Below are positions 25,421 through 39,838 of a DNA stretch of 64,000 nt, piece by piece; within the stretch, counting starts at the first letter, position 1, and each line of letters starts with the position of its first letter. The stretch is taken from contig OZ024765.1 of the NCBI GenBank assembly GCA_964016885.1, forward strand, positions 21,576,001-21,640,000, in the 5' to 3' direction. The position numbers and the translations under genes were made by a program. This DNA is from Eledone cirrhosa (Eukaryota). Under the pieces are notes generated by a model. That model did not search any database. It had not been told where the DNA came from and saw nothing but the letters and a program-made list of their open reading frames with translations.

Positions 25421-26312
25421 CAGGGTGCGGACGATATCTGTTCGCAAGATTACTGTCTAGGAAAACATAAGACAGTAGTTTTATTTTTTAAGATATATTT
25501 ATCAAACTTAGGTCAGTTTGTCTTCATGACTTGTTCTTTCGATCTCACTCTATAAACCCGCCATTGGCTTTGATGACGGCCTCAAGGTGGCCTCGGAACC
25601 GGCTACAGGCTTTCGTCACCGTCCCCCAACTTAGGCCCCTAATGGCACTTGTGATCCTGGCCTTCAGATCGTCTTTCGTATTGCAGCTAGATCTGTTGGT
25701 GTCTCGTTCCACTGCGCCCCACACAAAGAAGTCGAGCGGGTTGCAGTCAGGCGAGCTGGGAGGCCAGATGTCAGTTGAAGTGTGGTCGACGAAGTTCTCT
25801 GACAGCCAGGCTTGGGTCTTTCGGCTGGTATGGCAGGGCGCTGAGTCTTGCTGCCACACATATGGCCTACCTGCAGCTACCTGGTCGATCCAGGGCTTTA
25901 CTACCACGCTCAGAACGCGGATGTAGCCATCAGTGTTCAGCTTGGGGCCCTCAGGGAAGAAGTGAGGTGGCATGACGTCACCTTGACTGCTGACGACACC
26001 TAAGACCAATGTTGTCGCTGGAAACTTTGTCTGCATGACTCTGGGCACGTCTTTGGATGAGACAGCGAGCCACCTGTTGTTCTGAGAAAGTCTGAAATTT
26101 CTTTATTTGTCCTCCCAGCGCGGATTCCAAGAAGAACTCCGTGTCTCTTCTACAAATTTGGAGGTTCAAAATTATTCATAATTAATTATTCTGAAAATAA
26201 ATAATGGAAATATAGTCACTGTTTTTATGAAGACAAGAGTGACAACGGAAGTAAAAAAAATTTGCATAAAATTAGCAGTTGAAAATTGCGAACAGATATC
26301 GTCCACACCCTG
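25421..26312 (-). mobile_element. Internally deleted Tc1/mariner DD37D (maT-type) transposon
   Basis: 27-bp TIRs cagggtg(c/t)ggacgatatctgttcgcaa with TA flanks; QQD-x37-D (WPPSSPDCNPLD). Confidence 0.9.
25545..26048 (-). pseudogene. DD37D transposase, C-terminal half
   Basis: WQQDSAPCH...WPPSSPDCNPLDFFVW. Confidence 0.9.
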
Positions 26313-26349
26313 TATATGTATATATGTATATATATATACATATACACAC

Positions 26350-26388
<39 letters not shown>

Positions 26389-26669
26389 TGGATATACACA
26401 CACACACACACATATATACATATATATACACACACACACCTATATATATAAAAACGATATGCAGTCCTTTATATTTAACAAATACCAACTCATGTAAAAT
26501 ATAAACTAAAAAACTATATCCAAAACAAGAACAGCTGAGTAAATCTCCACCATTTGTAATTTGTTCCAAAATATGTTTTCTCTGAAAGTCAGCAGAATTT
26601 CTCTTCTTTGGCTTCTTCGAGCTTTACCGAAGCTGGGCAGATTATTACTGCAATGATTTACCTTCTTTT

Positions 26670-27010
26670 TCGACTTCTTCTTCTTTGGTTTCTTCTTTTT
26701 CTCCTCCTTTCTTCTTCTTCTTATTATTATTATTATCCTTTTTGTCCTTGTCCTTATCCTTCTTTTCCTCCTCCTAGTACTACTACCACTACTACTACTT
26801 ATACTACTACTACTACCACCACACCACCACTACTACCACCACCACCAATACTACTACTACTACCACTACCACTACTACTACTACCACCACCACCACCACC
26901 AATACTACTACTACCACCACCACCACTACTACCACCACCAGTACTACTACTACTACCACTACTACCACCACCACCACCGCCAATACTACTACTACTACTA
27001 CTACTACATA
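26670..27010. repeat. (CTT)n, (CTA)n and (CCA)n low-complexity tract
   Basis: Direct inspection. Confidence 0.9.
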
Positions 27011-27094
27011 TAAATAGGTTTATATCTTTGACACCCTGCAAAGAAATATTGCTTCCTATATGGTTTTGCCAGAGAGAAATCTTTCAATATAAAT

Positions 27095-28965
<1,871 letters not shown>

Positions 28966-29109
28966 ATAACATCATGTCAAGCTGACATAACCACAGTCAG
29001 TCGAGTGCAGCTAATATTGGTGTTAATGGATTCTATTTCTTCAGGCTGTGTTGTGAGTTCAAATCCCTGTCTGACTTCTCAATAAATAAATATATATAAT
29101 GTATGTATG

Positions 29110-29160
<51 letters not shown>

Positions 29161-29341
29161 TATTTATATAGTATATATATATATATATGGTATATATATA
29201 ATGTATGTATATATATATAGTATATAGTATATATATAATGTATATATAGTATATAGTATATATATATATATATATCCAGGAAATACTTGAACCGTTAAGA
29301 TCTTCTTCCTGGATATGTCAATATTTATAAAACAAACTTTG

Positions 29342-29402
29342 TATTTTATCTGATGAGAGCGCACCAAAGTTTTGGGACCCTTGAAATATATATAATAGAA
29401 TA
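29342..29402 (+). ncRNA. Type I HHR, AUA triplet
   Basis: TATTTTAT CTGATGA ... GAAAT ATAT ATA^ ATAGAATA. Confidence 0.75.
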
Positions 29403-29439
29403 AATATTTTTTCATAAATATAGTTTCCATTTATTTAAT

Positions 29440-29922
<483 letters not shown>

Positions 29923-29924
29923 TA

Positions 29925-30270
29925 TAATATTGAAAGAGTGAAGAATTACATGGTCAACATTACAAAAAAGTGATTTATTTACAGTCTGACAATTGTTTCT
30001 CTGATTAAGTTGTCTAAAAATTGCTGAACACTTGAAGCTGTGCCACTCAATTTTAAATACAAAGTTAGCTTTTTTGCACTGTTGACCATGTAATTCTTCA
30101 CTCTTTCAATTTTATTACTCCAAGATAAACTTACATAGGAATACAAGTGAAATCATAAACTCGCCATCTACATAAACCTCTTGTTGAGTCAAACGCTGTA
30201 CGTTAAAACTATCCATAATAAGTATTCACAACCTCTAACTGGATTACCTATAACGATATTTTGTTATTCC
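29925..30270. mobile_element. PLE fold-back with partial HHR and tail
   Basis: 29925-29970 inverted at 30070-30115; ACTC-CAAG...CTTG-TT-GAGT at 30117-30189. Confidence 0.8.
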
Positions 30271-30271
30271 T

Positions 30272-30308
<37 letters not shown>

Positions 30309-30490
30309 TTATATATATATATATATTTATATATATTTATATATATGCAAAAGTTCTATTTAAAATTGTTGGGATACAACAAGTAAATATTTTATAACTG
30401 ATATAAAGCACTCGACAAGACAGCTTCCAAAAATAATGGTTGCATCTAACAGGGTACGTCAAAATTATTTATAAAACTGTTTATATATTG

Positions 30491-30555
30491 TATTTTGTCT
30501 GATGAAGGCATACCATATTTTGATTTGGTATCCCTGAAATATGTATAATGAAATA
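30491..30555 (+). ncRNA. Type I HHR
   Basis: TATTTTGT CTGATGA AGG C ATACCA..TGGTAT C CCT GAAAT ATGT ATA^ ATGAAATA. Confidence 0.85.
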
Positions 30556-30648
30556 AATATGGTTTTATAAATATAGTTTCCATTTATTTAATATCGTATA
30601 TATATATATATATCTTTATATATATATATATTTATATTTTTATATATA

Positions 30649-30765
<117 letters not shown>

Positions 30766-30865
30766 TTATATTTATATATATATTTATATTTATATATATA
30801 TATTTATATTTATATATATATATATATTTATATATTTTTATATATATATATATATTTATATATTT

Positions 30866-33800
30866 ATCATCATCATCATCATCATCATCAGGTTTAGCGT
30901 CCGTGTTCCACGCTTGCATGGGTTTGGACGGGGGTTTTCCCACTTGAGGCAAGAGTGGTTGTCTTGCTCGCATAGGACTGTCTGGCGGGTTTTCTACAGT
31001 TGGATGCCCTTCCTAACACCAACCACATTTACAGTGTGGGGCTGGGAGGTTTTTACCGTGTTGCCTACACGGCCACATTACAGCGTGGACTGTCTGGCGG
31101 GTTTTCTACAGCTGGATGCCCGTCCTAACACCAACCACATTTACAGTGTGGGGCTGGGAGGTTTTTACCGTGTTGCCTACACGGCCACATTTACAGCGTG
31201 GACTGTGTGTTTTTTGTCGTGACACCTACACGATCTCATTTGTTTCGGCCTGGATGTTGTGGGACCAACATAACTTTACATTGAAAGGGGCGGTGTGGGT
31301 GGGGTGGAGGTGGTGGGACGGGGGTGTGTTTTGATAGAGGTGCCTACTGACTGTAGTAGGTTTTTACTTTGTATTTAGGTAAGGCGGGTCTTCTCTATTA
31401 CTGAGTACCGCCAAAGGTCTCGGTCCAGTGACATTGTCTTGGAGAGGTGTAAGCGTGTGAGGTCGGAATTTATCAGCTCGTCCCATGTTTTTCTGGGTCT
31501 GCCTACTCCGTGGCTACCGTCTATCTTTATTGCCCTGCACTTTGTTATACAGCTGTCGTCTTTCATGCGCATCACGTGACCGTACCAACGTAGCCTTCTC
31601 TCGAGTAAACAACATCTGATCCCTCTTATTTCTAATTTTTTCCTTAGTTCGTTTATGCTTTGCCGTTCGCGTATATTACTATTGCACATCCAGCGGAGCA
31701 TGCAAGCTTCGTTCCTCTCTAGTCTGCGTATATCCTCTGCACACAATGCCCAGGTCTCACTGCCATGCAGCATTGCTGTTCGTATGCAGGCATCGTATAA
31801 CCTGCCTTTCATTTTTAGGGAGAACCCTCTAGCGGCTAATAGTGGTATAAGCTCTCTGAACTTTTTCCATCCAGTTCTGACTCTAGCTACTGTACTTTCA
31901 GAGCACCCTCCCCCACTGCTGATTTTGTCGCCCAGATAACGGAAGCTGTCCACTATTTCTATAGAACCCTCTGCGCAGTTGAAGGAGCTAGTATTTTGTG
32001 GGCACTTGCTGCTACTTATTGCACCAGAGCACCGGCCACATGTAAAATCTATGTTCTTAGTTAGCTTACCTGTGATCCCACTACATCTTTTATGCACCCA
32101 TACTTTGCATTTGGGACATAAAATGGAGTTTCTACCTACGCCTTTCCTACACACTGAGCATGGCCATTTCCCCGATGGGACCGCCGCCTTATTTTCTTTC
32201 CTACAAACTAGAACTTTAGTCTTAGCCAGGTTAATTTTAAGGCCATTTGATTCTAGGCCGTGCTTCCACGTTTGGAATTTCTTCTCTAGTTCGGTCATTG
32301 ATTCAGCTATGAGCGTTAGATCATCTGCGTATAGGAGTTCCCATGGGCAGCCGGTCTTGAACTCCTCTGTTATAGCCTGAAGGGCAATAATAAATAGTAG
32401 GGGGCTAAGTACAGAGCCCTGATGGACACCAACTTTTACGCTAAACTCTTCACTATATTCGTTGTTAATTCTAACCTTACTGACTGTTTCTTTATACATG
32501 GCTTGTATAGCTCTCACAAGCCATTCGTCAACACCTAGTTTTCTAAGAGACCACCAGATAATGGAACGGGGGACTCTGTCGAAGGCTTTCTCCAAGTCGA
32601 CAAAAGCTAAGTATAGGGGTTTACTTTTAGCTAGGTACTTCTCCTGTAGTTGTCGTACAATGAAAAGAGCGTCTGTGGTACTTTTGCCTGACACAAACCC
32701 GAACTGCATTTCATCTAGATCAATTCTCTCTCTGATTAGTTGCGCTATTACTTTTTCCGTGACCTTCATGACCTGGTCGATTAATTTAATGCCTCTATAG
32801 TTACTCCTATCTTGGGCATCTCCTTTTCCCTTATAGCAGTTAACGATGATGCTGCTACGCCATTCCTTCGGAACAACCCCATTCTGTACGACTTGGTTAA
32901 CTATCCGGGTGACCATGGTGTGTCCCACCGAACCAGATGCCTTCAGCATCTCAGCAACTATTTCCGAAGGCCCAGCCGCCTTACCCGTCTTCATATCTTT
33001 GATTGCCTTACTTATTATACTACCTTCAACTAACACTGCTAGTCCCTCTATTGGATCGATCTGGGTGAGACTGTCTTTCTCCCATTTGTTCTCCTCATTT
33101 AGAAGCCTTTCGTAGTGACACTTCCAAGCTACCTTCTTATCAGCGTCGGTGATGGCAAGTATGCCATCATCGTTAAGTACACACTTCTCCCCGACAATAT
33201 CACGGTTTTCCTTGACACATTGCTTGGCAATCCTGAACACCTCACGTTTTTGGTCCTCACGTTGTAGAACATGCTTGAACTTTCTTTCCTCTGCTTCCCT
33301 TCTTGCGAAGTACACTTGTCTCCTAGCTTCCCTCCTGGCCACTTGATAGTCTTCTCTACTTCCCCCATCCCGCCATACTTTCCAAGCCTGCTTTTTGGCC
33401 TTAATTGACTCCTCCACCTTACTGTTCCACCACCATGTTACTCTCCTCCTACCTACAGGCCTGCTCCAGCCACAGACTTCGTCTGCCGCCGTCAGCAGGT
33501 TTGCTCTCAGGAATTCCCACTGTTCCTCTATATTATACGACTCTAATTGCTCTTCCTTACTGTCGAAAGCGTCAAGTAATTTGCTTTGAAATTTATTTCT
33601 GGCTGTGGGGTCCTTTAGCTTCCATATTTTTCTCCTGAGGATAGTCCTCTTCCGCTGTCTAGTACGTCTCGTCCTGACTATGAGGTCGCTAATTATCAGT
33701 CTATGTTGGGAGGTGAATTCTTCATGGGGGTGGGATTTAGTGTTAACAACAGACACTCTGTCACGTCTTCTGGTAAGGATATAATCTACCTGGCTTGTGT

Positions 33801-34505
33801 GTTCCCCCGATCTATAGGTGATCAAGTGATTGTCTCGTTTTTTGAAGTTAGTGTTACAGATAGTTAAGTTATTTGCGTCGCAGAATTCCAGGATTCTGGA
33901 GCCTTCCTCATTTCTAGTACCGAACCCATAGCCTCCATGGATTCCGTCATAGCCGTCACAATGTTGTCCAACGTGACCATTTAGGTCGCCTGCAATAACT
34001 ATATAGTCACTGTCGGTTATTTGGGAGGTAGCGAGCATCAGTGTCTCGTAGAATCTGTCTTTTATAGCGCGGGGCAGTCCGGATTGGGGTGCGTACGCAG
34101 ATATTACTGTCACCGTAGTTTTATTGAGGACAAGTCTTATTTTAATTATTCTGTCGTTCACTCTATTTACGGCTATTATCTTATCTGCCCACTTTTCTGC
34201 TACCATGATTCCTACCCCACCCAACCCATTGTCATTTCCCACCCAGAAAAGCTTATAGCATCGCTCTTTACCCACGATGAATCTAGCCGACCCTCCCCTC
34301 CACCTGGTCTCTTGAATACAACAAACATCGACCTCCTTACGTTCAAGCATTTCTACAACCTCGTTAGAGCGACCCTTTAAGGTGCCTACATTCATGGTAC
34401 CAACTCTGAAGTTTTGGATTGCGTTTGGAGGGTGGGAGCAGTGGGGCGCGGGGGGGGGGGGGTTATGTTAGCCATCCTGGGCCGAAACAAGGAGGAGTGC
34501 TTGCA
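30866..34505 (-). mobile_element. Near full-length RTE family A LINE
   Basis: APE plus RT ORF, 3'UTR and (GAT)n tail. Confidence 0.97.
31375..34395 (-). CDS. RTE ORF: APE endonuclease, RT and PHD-like C4HC3 insert (1006 aa, uninterrupted)
   Basis: NVGTL, IQETR, AYAPQ, GDLN, VDYIL, SQH; [19 protein letters not shown]. Confidence 0.95.
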   Translation of the reverse strand: MNVGTLKGRSNEVVEMLERKEVDVCCIQETRWRGGSARFIVGKERCYKLFWVGNDNGLGGVGIMVAEKWADKIIAVNRVNDRIIKIRLVLNKTTVTVISAYAPQSGLPRAIKDRFYETLMLATSQITDSDYIVIAGDLNGHVGQHCDGYDGIHGGYGFGTRNEEGSRILEFCDANNLTICNTNFKKRDNHLITYRSGEHTSQVDYILTRRRDRVSVVNTKSHPHEEFTSQHRLIISDLIVRTRRTRQRKRTILRRKIWKLKDPTARNKFQSKLLDAFDSKEEQLESYNIEEQWEFLRANLLTAADEVCGWSRPVGRRRVTWWWNSKVEESIKAKKQAWKVWRDGGSREDYQVARREARRQVYFARREAEERKFKHVLQREDQKREVFRIAKQCVKENRDIVGEKCVLNDDGILAITDADKKVAWKCHYERLLNEENKWEKDSLTQIDPIEGLAVLVEGSIISKAIKDMKTGKAAGPSEIVAEMLKASGSVGHTMVTRIVNQVVQNGVVPKEWRSSIIVNCYKGKGDAQDRSNYRGIKLIDQVMKVTEKVIAQLIRERIDLDEMQFGFVSGKSTTDALFIVRQLQEKYLAKSKPLYLAFVDLEKAFDRVPRSIIWWSLRKLGVDEWLVRAIQAMYKETVSKVRINNEYSEEFSVKVGVHQGSVLSPLLFIIALQAITEEFKTGCPWELLYADDLTLIAESMTELEKKFQTWKHGLESNGLKINLAKTKVLVCRKENKAAVPSGKWPCSVCRKGVGRNSILCPKCKVWVHKRCSGITGKLTKNIDFTCGRCSGAISSSKCPQNTSSFNCAEGSIEIVDSFRYLGDKISSGGGCSESTVARVRTGWKKFRELIPLLAARGFSLKMKGRLYDACIRTAMLHGSETWALCAEDIRRLERNEACMLRWMCNSNIRERQSINELRKKLEIRGIRCCLLERRLRWYGHVMRMKDDSCITKCRAIKIDGSHGVGRPRKTWDELINSDLTRLHLSKTMSLDRDLWRYSVIEKTRLT

Positions 34506-34624
34506 TTTATATATATATATATATTTTTATATATTTATATATATATATATTTTTATATATTTATATATATATATATTTATATATTTATATATATATATAT
34601 TTATATATATATATATATATATAT

Positions 34625-36561
34625 AAGGATATAGAGATATGAAGATAGGGAAGGCAACCGGTCCATCGGGTATAGCTGCCGAGATGCTGAAGGCATCTGG
34701 GTCTGTAGGTCACACTATAACCACACGTATCGTTAACCAGGTAATACTAGAGGGGGCCATACCAAAAGATTGGTGCAGTAGCATCATTGTCAACTGCTAC
34801 AAAGGTAAAGGCGATGCACTAGATAGAGGAAACTATAGAGGTATAAAGTTGATGGACCAGGTCATGAAAGTAACAGAAAGAGTTATAGCACAGCTGATTA
34901 GGGACCGGGTGAATATAGACGAGATGCAATTTGGGTTTGTACCAGGGAAAGGCACCACTGATGCGCTCTTCCTTGTGAGGCAATTACAGGAAAAGTACCT
35001 AGCTAAAAGTAAGCCACTCTACTTGGCATTTGTCGACCTTGAGAAAGCCTTTGACAGAGTTCCACGTGCAGTAATCTGGTGGGCTCTTAGAAAACTAGGA
35101 GTAGATGAATGGCTTGTGAAAGCGGTACAAGCCATGTATAGGGGAGCAGTCAGCAAAGTTAGGATTGGCAATGAGTATAGCGAGGAATTTAGCGTACAGG
35201 TTGGGGTCCACCAGGGCTCTGTTCTTAGCCCTCTCCTGTTCATCATAGTCCTGCAGGCAATAACGGAGGAGTTTAAGACCGGATGCCCATGGGAACTCCT
35301 GTATGCTGATGACCTCGCACTCATAGCTGAATCTATGGTAGAACTAGAGAATAAATTCCAAACCTGGAAGCAGGGACTAGAGAGAAAGGGCCTCAAAGTC
35401 AACATGACAAAGACTAAGGTCCTTATAAGTAGACGAGAAAACAGAACCCAGATCCCCTCAGGGAAATGGCCTTGCTCAGTATGTAGGAAAGGTGTAGGTA
35501 GGAACTCCATTCTTTGCCCCAAATGCAAACAATGGGTACACAAGAGATGTAGCGGGATCTCAGGAAGCTTAATTAAGAATGTAGGATTCACATGCAGCAG
35601 CTGTGCTGAAACAGCAAGCAAACAGCCACAGGAAACAAGTACCACCAATCTCTGGGAGGGCCCTGTAGAAACAGTAGACAGCTTCTGCTACCTAGGTGAC
35701 CGAATTAGCAACGGAGGTGGGTGCTCAGAAAGTACAATAACTAGGGTAAGAACGGGATGGAAGAAGTTTAGGGAACTACTACCACTGCTAGCTGCAAAAG
35801 GCTTCTCCCTCAGAATGAAAGGCAGACTGTATGATGCGTGTATCCGAACAGCGATGTTGCATGGTAGTGAGACCTGGGCGCTGAAGGTGGAAGACTTACG
35901 TAGATTAGAGAGAAACGAAGCCTGCATGCTCCGATGGATGTGTAACAGTAATATACGTGAACGACAAAGCATAAAGGAATTGAGAGAGAGACTGAGCATA
36001 AGAGGAATCAAATGCTGCGTGCAGGAGAGGCGGTTACGCTGGTATGGACATGTGATGCGTATGAAGGATGACAGCTGCATAAAAAGGTGCAGAGCACTAG
36101 AAGTTGATGGAAACCGCGGAGTGGGGAGACCCAAGATGACTTGGGATGAGGTGATAAAAGCCGACCTTACCCAACTACACCTCTCAAAGTCAATGACACA
36201 CGACCGTGACTTCTGGCGTCACGCAGTAATACAGGGTACCCGACCTCCCATGGGTACATGCTGAAGCATATAAACAATATGCCCCCCCCCCCCCCCCCAC
36301 CACCGCAAGGTGGTCGTGGAGGTGCCACGGCAAAAAAGCACCCAGCCCACACTGTAAAGTGGACGTGTAGGCGCCACGAAAAAGCACCCAGCACTCACTG
36401 TAAATGAGGTTGGTGTTAGGAAGGGCATCCAGCTGTAGAAATCAAGCCAGATCAGTTCCTGTATGAGCAAGGCATGGTCAGCCGACCAGACACTGCCCAC
36501 AACAGGACAACCCGTCTAACCCATGCTAGCGTGGAAGAACGGACGTAAAACGGTGATGATG
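34625..36561 (+). mobile_element. 5'-truncated RTE family B LINE
   Basis: Open RT frame 34639-36264, distinct 3'UTR, (GAT)n tail. Confidence 0.95.
34639..36264 (+). CDS. RTE reverse transcriptase, truncated, with PHD-like insert
   Basis: RT motifs intact. Confidence 0.85.
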   Translation: MKIGKATGPSGIAAEMLKASGSVGHTITTRIVNQVILEGAIPKDWCSSIIVNCYKGKGDALDRGNYRGIKLMDQVMKVTERVIAQLIRDRVNIDEMQFGFVPGKGTTDALFLVRQLQEKYLAKSKPLYLAFVDLEKAFDRVPRAVIWWALRKLGVDEWLVKAVQAMYRGAVSKVRIGNEYSEEFSVQVGVHQGSVLSPLLFIIVLQAITEEFKTGCPWELLYADDLALIAESMVELENKFQTWKQGLERKGLKVNMTKTKVLISRRENRTQIPSGKWPCSVCRKGVGRNSILCPKCKQWVHKRCSGISGSLIKNVGFTCSSCAETASKQPQETSTTNLWEGPVETVDSFCYLGDRISNGGGCSESTITRVRTGWKKFRELLPLLAAKGFSLRMKGRLYDACIRTAMLHGSETWALKVEDLRRLERNEACMLRWMCNSNIRERQSIKELRERLSIRGIKCCVQERRLRWYGHVMRMKDDSCIKRCRALEVDGNRGVGRPKMTWDEVIKADLTQLHLSKSMTHDRDFWRHAVIQGTRPPMGTC

Positions 36562-36889
36562 AAGGAAAAAAGATGAAATCGAAAATGCAACTGGAGTCTT
36601 TTTTTTTTTAAATATATATTTATTTGGTTCCTTTACAGGTTTCTCGCACTTCTTCTGCTTTTCAAAAGAAGAATTGTGATAGAGGGTCTTGTGAAAAAAA
36701 CCACAGACCCTCCATCTCAACTCTACTTTTGAAAAGCAGAAGAACTGCGAAACTGGTAAAGGAACCAAATAAATATATATATTTTTTTTTAAAAGACTCC
36801 AGTTGCATTTTCGATTTCAGCTTTTTTCCTTATACTTTCACTCGTGTAGGACACTTCGGTTATTTTTCATTTTGTAAAAAAAACCTCAC

Positions 36890-36895
<6 letters not shown>
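36561..36895. mobile_element. PLE fold-back with variant HHR and tail
   Basis: Arms ~36561-36693 and ~36701-36831; ACTC-GTGT-AGG-ACAC-TT-CGGT at 36840-36860. Confidence 0.75.
36726..36761 (+). ncRNA. Minimal HHR with U3-A8 core variant
   Basis: CTT TTGAAAA GCAG AAGAA CTGC GAAAC TG GTA^ AAG. Confidence 0.65.
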
Positions 36896-36932
<37 letters not shown>

Positions 36933-36939
36933 TACATAC

Positions 36940-37215
36940 AGAAAAATGTAGGAGGTGAGTTTTATTGTAGTACAATAAAGCAATGCAGATATCGGATAAG
37001 AAGCACTCTACAGTTTGTAGGACTGGAGTATACATAATATATAAGATCAAAAGATGGTTAAAAGAGTTCCATGTATTTTATTATGTGCATTTCAAAAACA
37101 AATATCATCATGCAATAACATTTGTGTTTTCATCAGATAAAATAGGAAGACATGATATGAAGGTTAAAAAACACTTGTGAATAGTGCACATGTTGATTTA
37201 AAACTGCACTATTCA
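36940..37215 (-). mobile_element. PLE pLTR plus tail (family of the 40970-43548 element); HHR at 37074-37144
   Basis: TATTTTAT CTGATGA..GAAAT GCAC ATA ATAAAATA; tail hairpin 37005-37029. Confidence 0.85.
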
Positions 37216-37406
37216 CGGAATTATTTATGTTTACGGAATTATTTATGTTTCAATTCATAAAATAGAAAAGAAATGGAAAAATCTAAAGAGCAGCAAGTGA
37301 GAAATATGTAGATAGGGAAAAAGGAATGGCATGTGTGTGTATATATATATATCTATATATACACACACAAGGTGGAAAATTGGCAAAATATTGGTATATA
37401 TTTATA

Positions 37407-37444
<38 letters not shown>

Positions 37445-37449
<5 letters not shown>

Positions 37450-37780
37450 ATATAAGATCAAAAGATGGTTAAAAGAGTTCCATGTATTTTATTATGCGGA
37501 TTTCAAAAACAAATATCATCATGCAATAATATTTGTGTTTTCGTCAGATAAAATAGGAAGACATGATATGAAGGTTAAAAAACACTTGTGGATAGTGCAG
37601 TTTTAAATCAACATATATATATGACTGCACTATTCACAAGTGTTTTTTAACCTTCATATCATGTCTTCCTATTTTATCTGATGAAAACACAAATATTATT
37701 GCATGATGATATTTGTTTTTGAAATGCGCATAATAAAATACATGGAACTCTTTTAACCATCTTTTGTTCTTATATATTAT
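37445..37780. mobile_element. Inverted pLTR pair; HHRs at 37485-37555 (-) and 37670-37740 (+)
   Basis: Reverse-complement arms; 8-bp stem I; GAAAT GCGC ATA on the plus copy. Confidence 0.9.
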
Positions 37781-37986
37781 ATATATATTATATATATATA
37801 TATATATATATTTATTATAGTTATACTCCCCCTTGTCCTTACTTACCCACTAGGGTTTTTAAGTGTACTCACATAAGGTTGTATGTTGCCACATATGCAG
37901 CAGGGTTATGTGTTCATACATATATACGTGTTTTTATTATTTTACATGTGTGTGTGTGTGTGTTCTTTATGCGTGTATTTCTTTTG

Positions 37987-38688
37987 TCATCATCATCATC
38001 ATCATCATCATCATTTAACGTCCCTGTTCCACGCTTGCATGGGTTTGGACGGGGGTTTTCCCACTTGAGGCAAGAGTGGTTATCTTGCTCGTATAGGACT
38101 GTCTGGTGGGTTTTCTATGGCTGGATGCCCTTCCTAACACCAACCACATTTACAGTGTGGACTGGGAGGTTTTTACCGTGTTGCCTACACGGCCACATTA
38201 CAGCGTGGACTGTCTGGCGGGTTTTCTACAGCTGGATGCCCTTCCTAACACCAACCACATTTACAGTGTGGACTGGGAGGTTTTTACCGTGTTGCCTACA
38301 CGGCCACATTACAGCGTGGACTGTCTGGCGGGTTTTCTACAGCTGGATGCCCTTCCTAACACCAACCACATTTACAGTGTGGACTGGGAGGTTTTTACTG
38401 TGTTACCTACATGGCCACATTACAGCGTGGACTGTGTTTTTTTGTCGTGACACCTACACGACCTCATTTGTTTCGGCCTGGATGTTGTGGCACCAACATA
38501 ACTTTACATTGAAAGGGGTGGTGTGGATGGGGTGTGTGTGTGTGGGGGGGGGGGGGGGGGGGGGGGTATTTTGTTAGAGGTGCCTACTGACTGTAGTAGG
38601 TTTTACTTTGTATTTAGGTAAGGCGGGTCTTCTCTGTTACTGAGTACCGCCAAAGGTCTCGGTCCAGTGACATTGTCTTGGAGAGGTG
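37987..38688 (-). mobile_element. RTE family A 3' end with three tandem 111-bp units
   Basis: Units start at 38096, 38207 and 38318. Confidence 0.9.
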
Positions 38689-38737
38689 TTTGTATGTGTG
38701 TATATATATATGTGTGTATATATATATATATATTTAT

Positions 38738-38857
38738 ATATAGATGAGATTCTACAGGACTAGAACTGTTTCTCATCTATATTAAAACTTTTATACTCTG
38801 CTATGTATTGAGTACCTTACTTACTGTGGTTACCTCCGATTCAACCCGGTATAACGT
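38738..38857. mobile_element. PLE fold-back, half HHR plus tail
   Basis: Family of 24237-24437; tail hairpin 38795-38813. Confidence 0.8.
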
Positions 38858-38886
38858 ATATATATATTTATATATATTTGTATATA

Positions 38887-39129
38887 TCATCATCATCATC
38901 ATTCTTCGACTACTGTCGAGATGATGGATCTCACTCTCATGCCCCAGAATCCCCTGTCCCCCATCGCTGCCCCCAGGTCCCGTCTACTGATTCCCGTATC
39001 CCTAGAGATAACGTCAGGGAATGACAGCTTCCTACTCCTTCGATGCCTTTGTAGGTGCATTATAATCAGAAACAGGACCCGGGAAAGCAGGGGCTGGGCC
39101 TATATCAACAGGTATACCATATAGTGGGG
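38887..39129 (-). mobile_element. RTE-like LINE 3' fragment
   Basis: RRSRKLSFPDVISRDTG..DL..AMGDRGFW followed by (GAT)n. Confidence 0.6.
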
Positions 39130-39433
39130 TATATATATATGTATGTGTATGTGTATATGTATTTATAAGCATAGGGATATTTATTTTGTCAGTTTTTCAA
39201 CAAAAATATATAATTTTAACTGATTCTAAGCACTCAACAAGTCTTCTGGAGTATAATATCATTTTTTCATTTTTCATACTCCCACCTGCGAGCGTGTGTG
39301 TATTTGTAGTTTGTCTGCCTATATGTTTATGCACACACACACGCACGTGTATGTGTGTGTGTGTATATCATCATTATCATTTTAAGTCCGCTTTTCCCTG
39401 CTTGCATATATATATATGTATATATATGTATAT

Positions 39434-39838
39434 GTTAACCTTGGTCTTCCTCTTCTAGTGTGTCCATGTAGGGGCTCCCACAGGAGCACTGAGTGCAGTG
39501 TCAACTCTGGATGTCGGTGAGCATGTCCAGCTAACCTCAGTCTCCCTCTTCCAGTGTGTCCATGTAGGGGCTCCCACTAGGAGCACTGAGTGCAATGTCA
39601 ACTCTGGATGTCGGTGAGCATGTCCAGTTAACCTCAGTCTCCTCTGTGTCACTTTTGAGCTGACTTTTGGGATGCTCCCATACAGCTCTGAGAAGAGGAA
39701 GACCAAGGTTAACGTATGTTGATGCCCTAAGGACAGACACTGGTCTGTTGGAGACGCAGGACCTGGCAGCGATAATGAGGGACAGAGACCGCTGGAGAGA
39801 ACTCGTCCATGGATCTCGGGAATTTTACCCGCCTTAGA
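39434..39838. mobile_element. RTE-like 3' end with 5' inversion and internal duplication
   Basis: Minus: ELYG..QRRLRLTGHAHRH; plus: RGRPRLTYVDALRTDTG..MRDRDRW. Confidence 0.75.

Noticed and set aside
35019-36134. Antisense ORFs over RTE RT (also 20107-20922 and 31655-33589)
   Set aside because: Shadow frames of the RT coding strand
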